From NCBI GenBank assembly GCA_044348555.1, contig JBIKSQ010000001.1, forward strand, positions 1 through 38,892: a DNA stretch of 38,892 nucleotides. Direction: 5' to 3'. Position numbers and translations under genes: made by a program. The DNA comes from Candidatus Nanopelagicales bacterium. GTDB lineage: Bacteria; Actinomycetota; Actinomycetes; S36-B12; UBA5976. Below the pieces are notes generated by a model. It did no database searches. It saw nothing but the letters and a program-made list of their open reading frames with translations, and was not told where the DNA came from. The first letter of the stretch is position 1. Each line of letters starts with the position of its first letter. Below are positions 17,406 through 26,040 of the stretch, piece by piece.

Positions 17406-18289
17406 CAGCGTTTGTCGCAGTTACTGGCGCAAACGGTCAACTGGGGCGGGCAGTTGTCGCAGAACTTGAGAAACTAGATTTTGCTTACAGGGCTTTCACT
17501 AGAGATGACCTCGAAATCACTGACAGTTCTAAAGTCGCCAGCAGTATCACTTCGGAGTTCACCGCAGTCATCAACTGTGCTGCCTATACAAGCGTTGATG
17601 GTGCAGAAAGTCATCCCGAGGCGGCATTTGCAGTTAATGAAAGAGGTACGTCAAACATTGCAGCTCGATGTAATGAACTTGGAATTCGGATGATTCATGT
17701 TTCGACAGATTACGTGTTTGATGGGATGACTAACACGGCGCTTAGTGAGACTGATCTTGCCAGTCCACAAACCGAGTATGGAAAATCAAAATTAGCCGGT
17801 GAGACGGCTGCGCTTTCCATCAATCCCTCTAATACTTGGGTGGTTCGAACTGCGTGGCTCTATAGCGATTTTGGGAACAACTTTGCGAACAAAATTCTCC
17901 GGAAAGCCAAAAATGGGGAAGCTCTACGAGTCGTGAATGATCAGTTTGGTTCTCCCACTTCAGCAGTTGAGGTAGCCCGAGGTCTAGTCACAATTGCTAC
18001 ATCTAAGTCTCCGGTGAATGTTGGTGTTTATCACTGTGTCAACTCAGGTGTGGCGAGTTGGCATTCCTTTGCACTCGCATTGATTGAGGCGGCTGGCCTG
18101 CAAGACCTTCAAATTCAGCCAGTGGGTTCTGATTCATTTCCAACTGTTGCACAGCGGCCAAGATTTTCGGTTCTAGATACCTCAAAGTGGCAAGCCGCAG
18201 GTCTTCCAAAGATGTCCAGCTGGGAGCAGGCACTTCAGGATTTCCAAGTGAGTAAATGGCAGGAAATCCAGGGAAATTCTGATGTCTAA
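17402..18289 (+). CDS. rmlD: dTDP-4-dehydrorhamnose reductase
   Basis: GANGQLGRAV Rossmann motif, STDYVFDG and YGKSKLAGE, typical of RmlD. GTG start overlapping the rmlB stop. Confidence 0.9.
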   Translation: MTAFVAVTGANGQLGRAVVAELEKLDFAYRAFTRDDLEITDSSKVASSITSEFTAVINCAAYTSVDGAESHPEAAFAVNERGTSNIAARCNELGIRMIHVSTDYVFDGMTNTALSETDLASPQTEYGKSKLAGETAALSINPSNTWVVRTAWLYSDFGNNFANKILRKAKNGEALRVVNDQFGSPTSAVEVARGLVTIATSKSPVNVGVYHCVNSGVASWHSFALALIEAAGLQDLQIQPVGSDSFPTVAQRPRFSVLDTSKWQAAGLPKMSSWEQALQDFQVSKWQEIQGNSDV

Positions 18290-19469
18290 AGCAGCGCTGG
18301 CGACAAAGCTTGAGGATTTAGTTGCCCTGAGAGATGAATTCGCAGCGAAACTCGAAACCTCCCAATGCAGTATGGCCGAAGCCACGAGTTGGGGGATTTC
18401 AGAGGGAAAACTTTCTCATAAACCACCGGCATTTTTTGATGTTGTGGGAGTTCAAGTTGGTCAGACGCAGAAGCTGCTTGTTCAGCAAAATGAATCGGCT
18501 GTGGTGATACTTGTTCAAACTTTGGTTGATGGCGAGCGACACTATCTGATTTCTGCACGAGCAGAGCCAGGTCTTTTGAAAAAGTGCGTTATCACTTCAA
18601 CCATTCAATCAACCCCATCAAATTTGAATCGAGTTCATGGTGGACGTGCAACAAGTTATTATGATTTTTTAGTCGACAAATCGAACCCTGTTATCAAAAT
18701 TTTTGAGTCACGAGAGTTTGACTACGGATTTGTTTATGCAAATAAGCACAAATCTTTTCAAATATTGCAGGTATCGGCGATGCTGGAAACTGATGAGAGT
18801 TTTGCTTGGGTGCCTGAATCTGTCCTGGTGGAAGCAATGCGGCAAGACAATCTAATCGGAACGGATCTGCGGGTTTTGCTAGCCAAGTATCTTCTTTTGT
18901 TGAAGCACAACTTGAAGCCAGATCTGTCAGCCGGTAAGCCGCCGTGGAGTCAACCAATCGTTAAGATTGAAAATCTGGAGAACTGGCAGATTTTGGAAAG
19001 CGGAATAGAAGAGGTGAATCATCAGCAGGGTTTTTCAGTTAAGTTCTTTCGCACAAGTTCTCCAAGTCGTGAAAAAGTGAACTGGGTTCAACCAGTATTG
19101 GATTTCACATCGAATGGACGGTGTGGATTTTGGGTCTGGTCTATTGATGAGACCACCAGATATGGGGTCGGGCAAAATAATGAGATTGGCATTTCATATT
19201 CAAACGTCTTGAGCGCCGCAATACTCAATTACCCAGGTTTTACTGAAGCTGAGAATAAGTCGAGCAGAATCACAGATAAAGTCATGGCTGATTTTGAAGG
19301 TGGTAGATTCTTTGAAACCCAGTACGAAGTCGTGCTTGCAGAATTTGATATTGATGATGAAACGGAAGAAATTCTTTGGAAGACAGAATTAGAAATCGCA
19401 CAATGCATGGTTAAGGATTTTGCAACCACTGTGGAGTTCAGGCTGGCCGCCTCACTTTTACTGAATTAG
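18282..19469 (+). CDS. NDP-hexose 2,3-dehydratase family protein (EvaA/TylX3-like), short form
   Basis: Two tandem repeats of the hexose-dehydratase module. Repeat 1 has HKPPAFFDVVGVQV, ISARAEPGL and TSTIQSTPSNLNRVHGGRATSYYDFL. Repeat 2 has GFSVKFFR, REKVNWVQPVL and GQNNEIGI. There is an 8-nt overlap with rmlD. At 395 aa it appears shorter than my recollection of about 450-480 aa for characterised members. Confidence 0.75.
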   Translation: MSKAALATKLEDLVALRDEFAAKLETSQCSMAEATSWGISEGKLSHKPPAFFDVVGVQVGQTQKLLVQQNESAVVILVQTLVDGERHYLISARAEPGLLKKCVITSTIQSTPSNLNRVHGGRATSYYDFLVDKSNPVIKIFESREFDYGFVYANKHKSFQILQVSAMLETDESFAWVPESVLVEAMRQDNLIGTDLRVLLAKYLLLLKHNLKPDLSAGKPPWSQPIVKIENLENWQILESGIEEVNHQQGFSVKFFRTSSPSREKVNWVQPVLDFTSNGRCGFWVWSIDETTRYGVGQNNEIGISYSNVLSAAILNYPGFTEAENKSSRITDKVMADFEGGRFFETQYEVVLAEFDIDDETEEILWKTELEIAQCMVKDFATTVEFRLAASLLLN

Positions 19470-20680
19470 TTGTTGTCCAGGAATTTCAGAAATTTAGCCA
19501 CATCGATGGAGTAGTTCAGCTTGTCTGGGTGAATGGTTGCATCTGGAATAGATGTACCGTAGTAAGCGTAGAAATCTCTCTGAAAAATGTTTGCTAAATC
19601 CCAGTAGAAAATATTTAACCAGTTTTCAGGACTCAAGTAAGTAACTTTTGTGTCCTTAGTGCAAAAAATAGTGTTGGCCATGGCCGCACCCATAAGTCCC
19701 ACTATTTCATTTGCACTTGCAAAACGTTGAGCCTGCTCGTAACCAGATAAATCTTCTGGGTACACCACTTCGAAGCCACGTGCCTGCATTTCTGGGATGA
19801 GAGCAGCGAGCGAGTCAGGTTCCAACAAACGATTACCTCTTCGCAGCACAAATAGTTTTCTATTTCGATTTTTGGGTGCTACATGATGCATTGAAAATTG
19901 GGTTTTTACTATTTCAAAGAATTCCGGCGAGTGGTAATTCGCATGCATCGCAGTAGGTGTCACATAGGAAACTTTTTCAAAAAAGTATTTAACGTTTCTA
20001 GGCGCAAACTCAAACAGGATCTGTTTTTTTGGAAACAGACTTTCGATGAGAATCTTTTTTTGTTGGTCTAGTTCAGCAACTATTTCAGATGACTTTGTTA
20101 ATACCAATCGATTTTGGGCTGATTTTTTGGCTATAAGAAATGCAACGATGCGAGGCAAATCTTCGACCAGAAAGTGTCCCCAGTTATGGAAACCCTCATT
20201 TGTACAAAGCAAAGTTGGGATGCTGTCAGCGGTGATTATTCGCTCCGGTGATTTGGCTAGCAGTTCTTCCGTTAGCGGCCGTGTATGAGCACCCTCTTGC
20301 TTCCGACTAAATTCGTGAAACTTAGCCCAGGATTGTTCAGGTAGGAGTAGTTGATTGAGAAAAAAACAGACCCGCTGGAGTTCAACTTCATTTACCTGCC
20401 AAGTTTGCGAGTAATCTCGAGTGAGATTTTCTTTCATTCCTTCTAGATAACGCAATTGATCTGAGACGCTGTCGGAATTATCGGCAGCCAATTTAATTTT
20501 ACATTCACGGCTGTAAGGCTTTGCAAATCCGAGCGTTGCGAGCTTCTGGCGAAAAGGGGATTTGAATTCAAGTTGGTTCGTAAGTGTCGCCAGCTCTTGT
20601 ATGAAGTCAGGGTTTGCCGGCGAAAGGCTATCATCATCAATCAGCAGCACTGGTTGATTGATTGTGGCATCGCTCGTCAC
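19466..20680 (-). CDS. glycosyltransferase family 61 (DUF563) protein
   Basis: EGFHNWGHFLVEDLPRIV matches the (N/H)xxHWxxExLPR motif. The C-terminal block RRGNRLLEPDSLAALIPEMQARGFEVVYPEDLSGYEQAQRFASANEIVGLMGAAMANTIFC matches the GT61 acceptor/donor half. Confidence 0.65.
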   Translation of the reverse strand: MTSDATINQPVLLIDDDSLSPANPDFIQELATLTNQLEFKSPFRQKLATLGFAKPYSRECKIKLAADNSDSVSDQLRYLEGMKENLTRDYSQTWQVNEVELQRVCFFLNQLLLPEQSWAKFHEFSRKQEGAHTRPLTEELLAKSPERIITADSIPTLLCTNEGFHNWGHFLVEDLPRIVAFLIAKKSAQNRLVLTKSSEIVAELDQQKKILIESLFPKKQILFEFAPRNVKYFFEKVSYVTPTAMHANYHSPEFFEIVKTQFSMHHVAPKNRNRKLFVLRRGNRLLEPDSLAALIPEMQARGFEVVYPEDLSGYEQAQRFASANEIVGLMGAAMANTIFCTKDTKVTYLSPENWLNIFYWDLANIFQRDFYAYYGTSIPDATIHPDKLNYSIDVAKFLKFLDNN

Positions 20681-20945
20681 ATCCCGACTCTAGTGGCTTC
20701 ACTAATTTTTAGAACATGGCTCAGTGACACCAAAGGCTACTCCGCACTAACTTACCGACCTAAAGCAAAATGTCTGCCGAGGGTTAGAGAGTGACTTGGA
20801 TGCAGAATAAGGAGTTTGGGACACCTGGCTAGCAATCCTCTCGATGTCACTCTTTACCTTATTTTTACTCAGAAATTTCTCTGTTGCCAGCGGTTGATGA
20901 ATAGGATTCGGCAACTTCAAATCTTGAACAGGAATTCAATCCAAT

Positions 20946-22976
20946 ATGACAACTCAAAGATTGGTTATTCATTTAGGTCCGCCCAAGACAGGCTCGACTG
21001 CTATTCAGTCATTTATGCGGGCGGCCAGTGAGTCTGGAAGCCTGCGGAGTATTCAATATCCTCTAATTGATAAGAAAATTGCAGTGGATTCAATTGAGTC
21101 TGGTAATGGCAGCTCAATCAGCCATTACCTACGTCATGAGGGAGGCGTGAACCGGCCAGTAGCAGATCTAGAAAGAAAAGTCCTTCGAGTTCTGGGAGAT
21201 TGTCCAAACTCTGACTTACCCATTCTTTTAAGTTCTGAGGGATTTTGGGGGCTGGATGCTTTGTCTGCTCCTATGTGTGTTGACGCTTTACAGGGCCTAG
21301 GTTTCGCACCTGAATTTCTCTTTGTAGTGCGCCCTTTTCAGGACGTTTGGCAAAGTCAAATTTCTCAAGCCATTCGCGGTGGACGTTTTGAAGATTTTGA
21401 TTCGTCAATTGGATCTAAGATTTATGAGAACGCCATAAATCTTTGGTCACGCTTCGATCTGCCACTGCATGCAATCCCGTACGATTCTAGAAATGCAACT
21501 AGTAATTTTCTTGATTTCTTGGGTGAGTCTCACCTGAAGGATTTTGATTTTGGCTTTGAGAGAGTTAATCAAAAACTATCTGGACCTGAGGCTCAAGTTA
21601 TCCGAAAATATAATGGATCAATTGATGGAAATAAATGGTCCGTACAAATCGCTAATAATCTACGAGAGTTCTACGAAGAAGTTGACGTAGAAACCAGAGA
21701 AACCCTTGAGCGCGAAGTGAAAGAAACTTGTATCTCTAATTTAGAGATTCCGGATTCAATGCAACCAAAGCACGGGTATGAGCTGCTCAAGATTGCCAGG
21801 AAGCGCTGTGAGACCCCATTGAATCAAGATTTCTGGGAGCTACTGATGATTGGCTCGGATGCACCAAAGACATACACTTTTGAGAACACTCCAGCACTCG
21901 CAGCTCTTAATCCGGAGCCAATCCTGAGTGAGATTGAAAATGACCTGCTTCTCAAATCTACGATGCTTACGCTGTCGATGGTTCAAAACCATGCCAACAA
22001 TCTCGAAGCGTTACTTGCAGCCGGCTCACCGTTTAGTCAACTAATTTTGGCAAACGATGGAAAACTTGAATTCGACGCCTCGAGTCAGTTAGTTCGATCT
22101 CGGCTTGGCTTTGATCCGATTCACTATCTGATGCTTAATCCAGATGTTGATCGAGCTGGAGTTGAACCCTATGAACATTTCAAATTGTTTGGTAAATCTG
22201 AGGGACGCTACACAAAGATATCCAAAAGAACTGCGTCTAAATCTGTCTTTCTGAATGGCAGACCACTATTTCTAATTCACTCTCCAAGAACTGGTGGAAC
22301 TGCTTTGAGAGAGATGCTGACCGATGAATTTGGCGAAGATCGAGTAACAAGGTCGCATCAAAATGTGGCTGTTGAGAAGAAAGAGTCATATAAAGATTTT
22401 GAATTTTTACTTGGCGAAAAGGGTGTACAAGCAGCATCAAAGAACGCAGTTCTTGTAGGACACTTTCCAGCACAAGTGAAAGATGAATTAGATTTTGAAC
22501 ACTATTCTGCGATTTTTGTTCGAGAGCCAATCGCAAGATCAATCTCAATGTTGAGGAAAGAAGTGAAGGATAAAGGTTTAAGCATTGATGAATTGATCAG
22601 TGATACTTATTTTATGGATGAATACATAAAGGATGCTCAGTGCCGAATTCTCTCGGCTCCAGCGTCACTGGAATCCGGAAGCGGAATTTTTGATGTTAAC
22701 GAATCCATGTTGGAGTTGGCGAAATCCAAGTTGAAGGAGTTTGACTTCATTGGACTCTATGAAAACTATAATGAATCGATTCGCCATTTTGACTCGACTT
22801 TCAAAACGAGTCTTCAGAGTCGTATGGAAAAAGTTAATGAAAGTCCAGATGTTGAAGTTCCGACTGGTATCGCAGAAGTACTCACACCGCTAGTTACGAT
22901 GGACCTGAAACTTTATGAGTACGCAGTGGAGTTGTTCCAGGCACGTATTAGCAATACTGACATGCAGGTTCATTAG
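20946..22976 (+). CDS. tandem double sulfotransferase-like protein (two PAPS-binding-type domains joined by a helical linker with an NPDV motif)
   Basis: The N-terminal domain has GPPKTGST (aa 11-18), SSEGFWG and VVRPFQDVWQS (aa ~127-137). The C-terminal domain has SPRTGGT (aa 446-452), FVREPIARSIS (aa 524-534) and FDFIGLYENYNESI, which is Sulfotransfer_2-like. These correspond to 5'-PSB and R-x-P...S motifs. Confidence 0.6.
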   Translation: MTTQRLVIHLGPPKTGSTAIQSFMRAASESGSLRSIQYPLIDKKIAVDSIESGNGSSISHYLRHEGGVNRPVADLERKVLRVLGDCPNSDLPILLSSEGFWGLDALSAPMCVDALQGLGFAPEFLFVVRPFQDVWQSQISQAIRGGRFEDFDSSIGSKIYENAINLWSRFDLPLHAIPYDSRNATSNFLDFLGESHLKDFDFGFERVNQKLSGPEAQVIRKYNGSIDGNKWSVQIANNLREFYEEVDVETRETLEREVKETCISNLEIPDSMQPKHGYELLKIARKRCETPLNQDFWELLMIGSDAPKTYTFENTPALAALNPEPILSEIENDLLLKSTMLTLSMVQNHANNLEALLAAGSPFSQLILANDGKLEFDASSQLVRSRLGFDPIHYLMLNPDVDRAGVEPYEHFKLFGKSEGRYTKISKRTASKSVFLNGRPLFLIHSPRTGGTALREMLTDEFGEDRVTRSHQNVAVEKKESYKDFEFLLGEKGVQAASKNAVLVGHFPAQVKDELDFEHYSAIFVREPIARSISMLRKEVKDKGLSIDELISDTYFMDEYIKDAQCRILSAPASLESGSGIFDVNESMLELAKSKLKEFDFIGLYENYNESIRHFDSTFKTSLQSRMEKVNESPDVEVPTGIAEVLTPLVTMDLKLYEYAVELFQARISNTDMQVH

Positions 22977-22978
22977 AC

Positions 22979-23920
22979 ATGGATGTGTTAAACAGAAAAC
23001 CCCTGTACGCATTCGGTGAACCAAAGGGGCAAGAAAATTCGCCAATTTTGGTGTTGGGTTCAGCTCGTGGTGGAACTTCAATGGTGGCAGGAGTGCTGGC
23101 CAAGCTAGGTATTTTTCTGGGAGAAGGTGCTGTTTCGCCAGTCTATGAATCGAACGAGTTGTCAGGGCGGCTTTTGGGTCGAAGTGACAGAAAAGCAAAG
23201 AGTGCGGTTGCTGAGTTAAATGCCAATCACGCCTTATGGGCTTGGAAACGACCTGCTGCGGTATATGACCTAAGCCGAACAATGAAAAGAATGCAGCCCA
23301 ATCGAGTCATTATGGTGTTTCGTGATCCCATGGCAACCGCATCTCGTAGGTCTATGTCGGTTGGAGACTTACAGGTAAGTGACTTTGGCGGAATTTCAGA
23401 ACATCTACAAATGGTTTTGAACGAGTACAGCGAAATGTTGGCTTTAGCGTCTGGACTTAAAGTTCCAGTTGCAATGGTCAGTTATGACACGGCACTGCGA
23501 AATCCAAAGGAGTTTGTGGAGCAACTTGTTGCCTTCTTAGGTGTTAGCGCAGAGCCTGAAGCGCTTGCATCAGCTATCGAATTCATAAAGCCAAGTCCAG
23601 CTGAATATATGATGGCTGTAAGAACTCAGTATGTCAATGGAGTGCTCGATGGGGTGGATGAAGATTCGATATGGGGTTGGGTAAAGTCTCAAAAAGGTGA
23701 TACCGAGGGACCAGTAGAGGTGGAGATTCTGCTTAATGGCGAAAGGTGTACCTCGATGTTGGCTAATCAGCAACGTAATGATTTAACCGGAGCAGGCTAT
23801 GGGGATTGCGCATTTAGATTTGAGCTAGAAACTCCATTGCCCGCTGGTACCGAGGTGCGAGTCCGGGTCTTAGGCGATGGCTTAGAATTAAGAAATTCAC
23901 CACTATTTTTTAAGGGTTAG
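22979..23920 (+). CDS. sulfotransferase family protein with extra C-terminal ~95-aa module
   Basis: ILVLGSARGGTS (PSB-type loop, aa 23-34) and VFRDPMATASRR (aa 113-124). The ATG lies 2 nt after the upstream stop. The C-terminal module reads GVLDG..IWGWV..VEVEILLNGE..QRNDL..AGYGDCAFRFEL. Confidence 0.6.
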   Translation: MDVLNRKPLYAFGEPKGQENSPILVLGSARGGTSMVAGVLAKLGIFLGEGAVSPVYESNELSGRLLGRSDRKAKSAVAELNANHALWAWKRPAAVYDLSRTMKRMQPNRVIMVFRDPMATASRRSMSVGDLQVSDFGGISEHLQMVLNEYSEMLALASGLKVPVAMVSYDTALRNPKEFVEQLVAFLGVSAEPEALASAIEFIKPSPAEYMMAVRTQYVNGVLDGVDEDSIWGWVKSQKGDTEGPVEVEILLNGERCTSMLANQQRNDLTGAGYGDCAFRFELETPLPAGTEVRVRVLGDGLELRNSPLFFKG

Positions 23921-23935
23921 AGGGCGGTTGAAGTA

Positions 23936-25261
23936 ATGGCTTTAAGGACATTCGAGGAGTCTGATTCCGAGTATGAGCTCGCTCAACAACGCCCTCCAAG
24001 CAAACGACTAATCCGTCAGATTCTCGACACTTTACGGTACCCAAATGCATTGCTGGTTGTAGCAGCATTGACGATTAAGCCTTGGTTTCAATCTAAATTT
24101 GCAGATGACCAAATCTTGCGTAACCGCGAATGGAAAAGTGGTCAGCCGGTACTGCTGGTTGGTTTATGGGAAAAAGGTGAAGTGCGTTCAGATGTATCCC
24201 GATTACTCAAGTTAGCAAAGAAACAAGGCGCCTATGTCGTAGGTGTCAACACCAGCCGACTTTCCAATCCAACTTCTGGGGAAGATTTGTTCGATTTGTA
24301 TATCGAACGATTCAACTATGGTCGGGACTTTGGTTCGTATAAGACCGGGATACTCAGAATTCACAAGCAGATCGGCTTATCGAATATTCCAAGATTGGTC
24401 TTACTTAATGACAGCGTTTTCTACTTAGAAAAAGAAACTCCAGAGTTTTTGGACAAAATGCTGTCTTCAACTATTGATGTTTTGGGGGCCACTGAGAATT
24501 TTGAAATTCGCCGACATCTAGGTTCCTTCGCGATCTCCATAGGCAACAGTGTTCTGAGTAACCCAAAGTTTTTGAATTTTTGGCAGAAGTACCGCTTAAG
24601 CGATTTGCGCACTCGAGTAATTCGTACAGGTGAAATGAACTTGACCAAAGTTCTCGAGAAATGTGCCACCAGCGACAACCAGTTCGATGCGATTTACACA
24701 GTCAAGTCAGTTTCACAATTTTTGCAATCAGATCTGAAAAACATAGACACAGCACTAGCGTTAACAACCCACAGTAGAAATCATTGGCGTAAGCTGACAA
24801 TGCGCCAAGTGTTAGAAGCCTGGCGTCAGCGGAATCTCTACACTGTGACGAATCTCAATTCGAGCACTCAAATAAATACAGACTCTTCGCTAGATACCGT
24901 AAGTGCGCCTACGACCTTGGTCGCTGCCCAAAAGGAACTATCGCGACTATATCCGTCGGTTGATAAAAAAGCAGTGGCAGCTGAAATTAGGGAATTAACT
25001 ATTGGTGCTTTGTTGTTGACATGTGTATCGGGAAGCCAAGTCCATCAAAATGGACTTTTATTTCATCAGCTTGGATCCCCGTTGGTGAAGTTAGACGTTA
25101 TCTATCGCGGGACCTGGTCCTATGAGGATGCTGAAAAATTGATGACATCAATTTCAGTAAGTGACAAGGTTGAGTTGTCACGGCTGCTCTACTCGCGCGC
25201 ATATGGAGAAGACGTGCTGCGTGGATGGCGTCGGGCCGCGTTCATGCGGGGAATCATTTAA
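23936..25261 (+). CDS. polysaccharide biosynthesis protein, putative glycosyltransferase distantly RgpF-related
   Basis: 441 aa. Motifs NYGRDFGSYKTG, VLLNDSVFYLEK and RHLGSFAISIG...FLNFWQKY resemble blocks I recall from rhamnan-synthesis-type transferases. That recollection is weak and the function is tentative. Confidence 0.35.
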   Translation: MALRTFEESDSEYELAQQRPPSKRLIRQILDTLRYPNALLVVAALTIKPWFQSKFADDQILRNREWKSGQPVLLVGLWEKGEVRSDVSRLLKLAKKQGAYVVGVNTSRLSNPTSGEDLFDLYIERFNYGRDFGSYKTGILRIHKQIGLSNIPRLVLLNDSVFYLEKETPEFLDKMLSSTIDVLGATENFEIRRHLGSFAISIGNSVLSNPKFLNFWQKYRLSDLRTRVIRTGEMNLTKVLEKCATSDNQFDAIYTVKSVSQFLQSDLKNIDTALALTTHSRNHWRKLTMRQVLEAWRQRNLYTVTNLNSSTQINTDSSLDTVSAPTTLVAAQKELSRLYPSVDKKAVAAEIRELTIGALLLTCVSGSQVHQNGLLFHQLGSPLVKLDVIYRGTWSYEDAEKLMTSISVSDKVELSRLLYSRAYGEDVLRGWRRAAFMRGII

Positions 25262-26040
25262 CTTTTGTTTCTGGCTTTAATGATTTTTTGATAGGTGGCA
25301 ATCGCTTTTTCAATGCCAGAGTCACTTATGATTTTTCCGTCTTGCAGAACAATCCCTCTGTTACAGAAATCTTTTAGCAGATTTGAATTATGTGAAGCTA
25401 GCACCATAATTCCAGCTGAGTCCATAAAACTAGAAAGTCGGCGCTCCGCCTTTTTTGCAAAATCGGAATCAGCAGCTCCGATACCCTCGTCAATCACTAG
25501 AACCTTAGGGCGAAGTGCGGTAAGAGTTGAGAATCGAAGTCGGGCAGACATGCCAGATGAATAAGTAAAAACGGGGTCTTCAATCCGTTCACCAAGTCCG
25601 CTGAACTCAATAATCTCATCTACTAGTGATTGCATATGTTCAATGCTCTCACCGAGCGAAATCCCGATGGACACAATGTTTTGACGACCGCTAGCTTCTT
25701 GATCTAATCCCAACTCTGCCCCACCTAGAAGTCCAAGGGCACGTCCCTTTAGGTAGTACTCACCTTCACTAGGTGGCAGCACACCAGCTAGGACATGCAG
25801 CAGTGTGGTTTTTCCCGCCCCGTTTAGGCCCAAAATTCCAAGTCGGTCTCCATCGTTCAGAAACAGTGAAACGTTATCCAACGCTTTTACAGTGCGCTGA
25901 CTATCGCTGCTCCTTTGAACGAACTTAAGAATTCGCCGTTTGAGGTTGTAATCCAGCGGACTAAGTATTCGATACTCAACACTGACATTGTTCAGCATTA
26001 GTCTGCAGGCGTCTGGTAACTCAGTATTCATTAGACCCAA
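25258..26040 (-). CDS. polysaccharide/teichoic-acid export ABC transporter ATP-binding protein (Wzt/TagH/RgpD-like), no C-terminal glycan-binding domain
   Basis: Walker A GLNGAGKTT, signature YSSGMSARLRFS and Walker B VLVIDE. At 260 aa it consists of the nucleotide-binding domain only. Confidence 0.9.
   Translation of the reverse strand: MGLMNTELPDACRLMLNNVSVEYRILSPLDYNLKRRILKFVQRSSDSQRTVKALDNVSLFLNDGDRLGILGLNGAGKTTLLHVLAGVLPPSEGEYYLKGRALGLLGGAELGLDQEASGRQNIVSIGISLGESIEHMQSLVDEIIEFSGLGERIEDPVFTYSSGMSARLRFSTLTALRPKVLVIDEGIGAADSDFAKKAERRLSSFMDSAGIMVLASHNSNLLKDFCNRGIVLQDGKIISDSGIEKAIATYQKIIKARNKS

Noticed and set aside
20573-21031. 73-aa and 71-aa ORFs in or around the 265-nt divergent gap between the GT61 gene and the sulfotransferase operon
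   Set aside because: They overlap the ends of the flanking real genes, lack ribosome-binding sites and have no motifs. The gap is more plausibly a shared promoter region. The only structure seen is a weak 6-bp stem (GTTGCC..GGCAAC) with a 21-nt loop.
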